In this document: in pieces, positions 62,182-64,000 of the stretch
Layout of the letters: every line of letters starts with the position of its first letter
Numbering within the stretch: position 1 is the stretch's first letter
Assembly (NCBI GenBank): GCA_013359235.1
Contig: JABWCE010000003.1
Location: forward strand, 80,517 to 144,516
Length of the DNA stretch: 64,000 nt
From: Bacteroidota bacterium
Lineage (GTDB): Bacteria; Bacteroidota; Bacteroidia; NS11-12g; UBA9320
Direction: 5' to 3'
Program-made: the position numbers and the translations under genes
The notes under the pieces: model-generated
The model's input: only the letters and a program-made list of their open reading frames with translations
Told to the model about the DNA's origin: nothing
Databases searched by the model: none

Positions 62182-62997
62182 ATGACTATTGAAAAATTAT
62201 CAGAACAAAAACACTGGGAATCAATAAATGCACCAGTAAATGATGTAATAAAAACAGAAAAAAAACCTAAAAAAGCATTCAGAATTTTTACTTACAGTTA
62301 TTCATTTCATTTGCTTTGGGATGTGCTTTTGCCAAAATATATAAAAACTGATAGAAATGCAAAAGTGATGGAAGTAGGCTCGGCTCCCGGCAAAAATTTA
62401 TTGCTTTGGCATAACAAATTTTTAAATATTCCATTTGGCGTAGAATATACTGATGCAGGCGTAGATGCAAATCGCAAACTTTTTGCAGCCAATAATTTGA
62501 ACCCTGAAAATATTATTAAAGCCGATTTTTTATCAGACGAATTTCTAAGAGCAAATCACGAAAAATATGATTATGTTTATTCAATGGGATTTATCGAACA
62601 TTTTAATGACCCAGAGCAAATTGTTTCGAACCACTTGAAAATACTTAAACCCGGGGGGATTTTATTTATCAGTATTCCAAATCTAAAAGGTCTGTACAAT
62701 TTTGCTTTAAAGATTTTTTATCCTGAAATTTTAAAAATTCACAACCTCGAAATAATGGAACTAAAAGAATATAAAAAGTTATTTGATGTTCAAAAAAATC
62801 TTGAAATTATACATTGCGGATATCATGGTACTATTGACCTAAATATACTTCAGTTTGGCAAATACAGATTTATGAATACACTTTGTCATTATTTTCAAAT
62901 GCTTTTAAATTTTTGTTGTAAAATGCTTTTGGGTAAAAAAGGACTCGAATCAAGATTTACAAGTCCTTATTTAGTTTTTATAGGTAAAAAAAATTAA
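62182..62997 (+). CDS. Class I SAM-dependent methyltransferase
   Basis: VMEVGSAPG, YDYVYSMGFIEHF, LKPGGILFISIPN. Confidence 0.9.
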   Translation: MTIEKLSEQKHWESINAPVNDVIKTEKKPKKAFRIFTYSYSFHLLWDVLLPKYIKTDRNAKVMEVGSAPGKNLLLWHNKFLNIPFGVEYTDAGVDANRKLFAANNLNPENIIKADFLSDEFLRANHEKYDYVYSMGFIEHFNDPEQIVSNHLKILKPGGILFISIPNLKGLYNFALKIFYPEILKIHNLEIMELKEYKKLFDVQKNLEIIHCGYHGTIDLNILQFGKYRFMNTLCHYFQMLLNFCCKMLLGKKGLESRFTSPYLVFIGKKN

Positions 62998-63947
62998 GAG
63001 GTCCCGGCTCTTTTCAATCTGTCGTTTATTGCCATACCAAGCCCCTGGTTAGGAAAATTTTCATAAATTATAAGTTCAAAATTCATTTTATCCAAGTCAC
63101 GCATTGCTTCAAAAAGATTTGATGCTGCTACAGAAAGCGAAAATTCTGATGAAAGTACAATTTGATTTTTATGTGGTAAAAAATTCAAATATTTTCCAAA
63201 TACCAAAGCACCTGTTTTATCCTTATTTATTGAGGCTTTATCAATATTTTGTAAAGGTTTTATTGGAGTTGTTGTAGAATAATGTTTGTCTAACATACCC
63301 GGTGATTGAGGCTTTGAACCTGACGATATATTAATTTTTACTTTTCCTATAGTATTTTCAATTTCTTCAATTTCTATACCTCCGTAGCGTAAAACCGCAG
63401 GCGGGTTTTCATTTTCAAAAAAAACAATAGTAGATTCAACACCAATATCACATTTTCCACCATCAACTATCATCGGAATTTTATCGCCAAGTTGTTCGGC
63501 AACATGTTTGGCGTTTGTTGGGCTAACATACCCAAAAGGATTTGCACTTGGGGCAGCAAGCGGAAAATCTAAGCTTTTCAATATTTCGAGTGTAATTTTA
63601 TTTTTGGGTACTCTAAGTGCCACAAAAGGAAGACCTGAGGTGACAATATCAGGAATCACATCTTTTTTGGGCAAAATAATAGTTAAGGCACCAGGCCAAA
63701 ACTTTTCGGCTAATTTTTTTGCTTTTTCAGGAAAAGAAATTGCGTATTGTTCAACCAAATCAATTCCAGAAATGTGTACTATCAGGGGGTCGAAAAATGG
63801 GCGGTTTTTAATCTTAAAAATTTCTGAAACTGCTATTTTGTTTAAAGCATTTGCTGCAAGCCCATAAACAGTTTCGGTTGGTATAGCCACAACCTTACCT
63901 GCTTTTAGAAAATTTACAGCTTTTAATATTTGATTTTTTTGGTTCAG
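62994..63947 (-). CDS. tsaC: L-threonylcarbamoyladenylate synthase (Sua5-type); probable non-canonical start
   Basis: PTETVYGL, KNRP..DPLIVH, FWPGALT, APSAN, ESTIV, PGML.KHY (Sua5 C-domain). The conserved-looking N-terminal helix extends upstream of GTG 63890 to CTG 63947. Confidence 0.92.
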   Translation of the reverse strand: MNQKNQILKAVNFLKAGKVVAIPTETVYGLAANALNKIAVSEIFKIKNRPFFDPLIVHISGIDLVEQYAISFPEKAKKLAEKFWPGALTIILPKKDVIPDIVTSGLPFVALRVPKNKITLEILKSLDFPLAAPSANPFGYVSPTNAKHVAEQLGDKIPMIVDGGKCDIGVESTIVFFENENPPAVLRYGGIEIEEIENTIGKVKINISSGSKPQSPGMLDKHYSTTTPIKPLQNIDKASINKDKTGALVFGKYLNFLPHKNQIVLSSEFSLSVAASNLFEAMRDLDKMNFELIIYENFPNQGLGMAINDRLKRAGTS

Positions 63948-63956
63948 AACAAAAAA

Positions 63957-64000
63957 TTATACCCCTCGTCGTTTTAGTTTAAATTTTTCGATTTTATTGT
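63957..64000 (-). CDS. 3' end of upstream gene, possibly a Fis-type HTH regulator (sigma54-dependent)
   Basis: Reads ..NKIEKFKLKRRGV*, resembling the LYNKIEK ending of NtrC-family proteins; only 13 codons are visible. Confidence 0.4.
   Translation of the reverse strand, partial: NKIEKFKLKRRGV

Noticed and set aside
60348-62997. ABC exporter and methyltransferase as part of the B12 operon
   Set aside because: A separate -7 element lies at 60343-60350, and the transporter is an MsbA-like exporter, not BtuCD.

Overview
AT-rich chromosomal window from a Bacteroidota bacterium. The evidence is repeated TAnnTTTG -7 promoter elements, T9SS C-terminal sorting domains, signal peptides cleaving before Gln, and a mitochondrial-type aconitase. 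Housekeeping genes (eno, carA, cca, nnr, rplY, prs, tRNA-Gln, DEAD-box helicase, fbp, aconitase, recG, tsaC/sua5) flank a ~24 kb co-directional nitrate-respiration module (9763-34024). The module encodes two paralogous membrane-anchored c-type cytochromes, narGHJI (recalled as resembling the Nitrobacter-type cytoplasmic NXR/Nar clade), two unknown genes, two NarK transporters (one with a large periplasmic insert), a hemerythrin, Moco biosynthesis genes without mobA/modABC, a short ModE, a TSUP permease, a MacAB-like ABC system and a P-type ATPase. It sits behind a Crp/Fnr-type palindrome. Other notable items are a stand-alone type IIG-like restriction-modification fusion, a T9SS cargo with a CxxCH motif, a cobalamin riboswitch controlling a T9SS-sorted tandem-DUF4465 protein (candidate secreted B12 scavenger), and a tsaC gene that appears to need a non-canonical start codon. 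No CRISPR array, rRNA, transposase or integrase was seen. All family assignments come from motifs read by eye and from memory, not from database searches.
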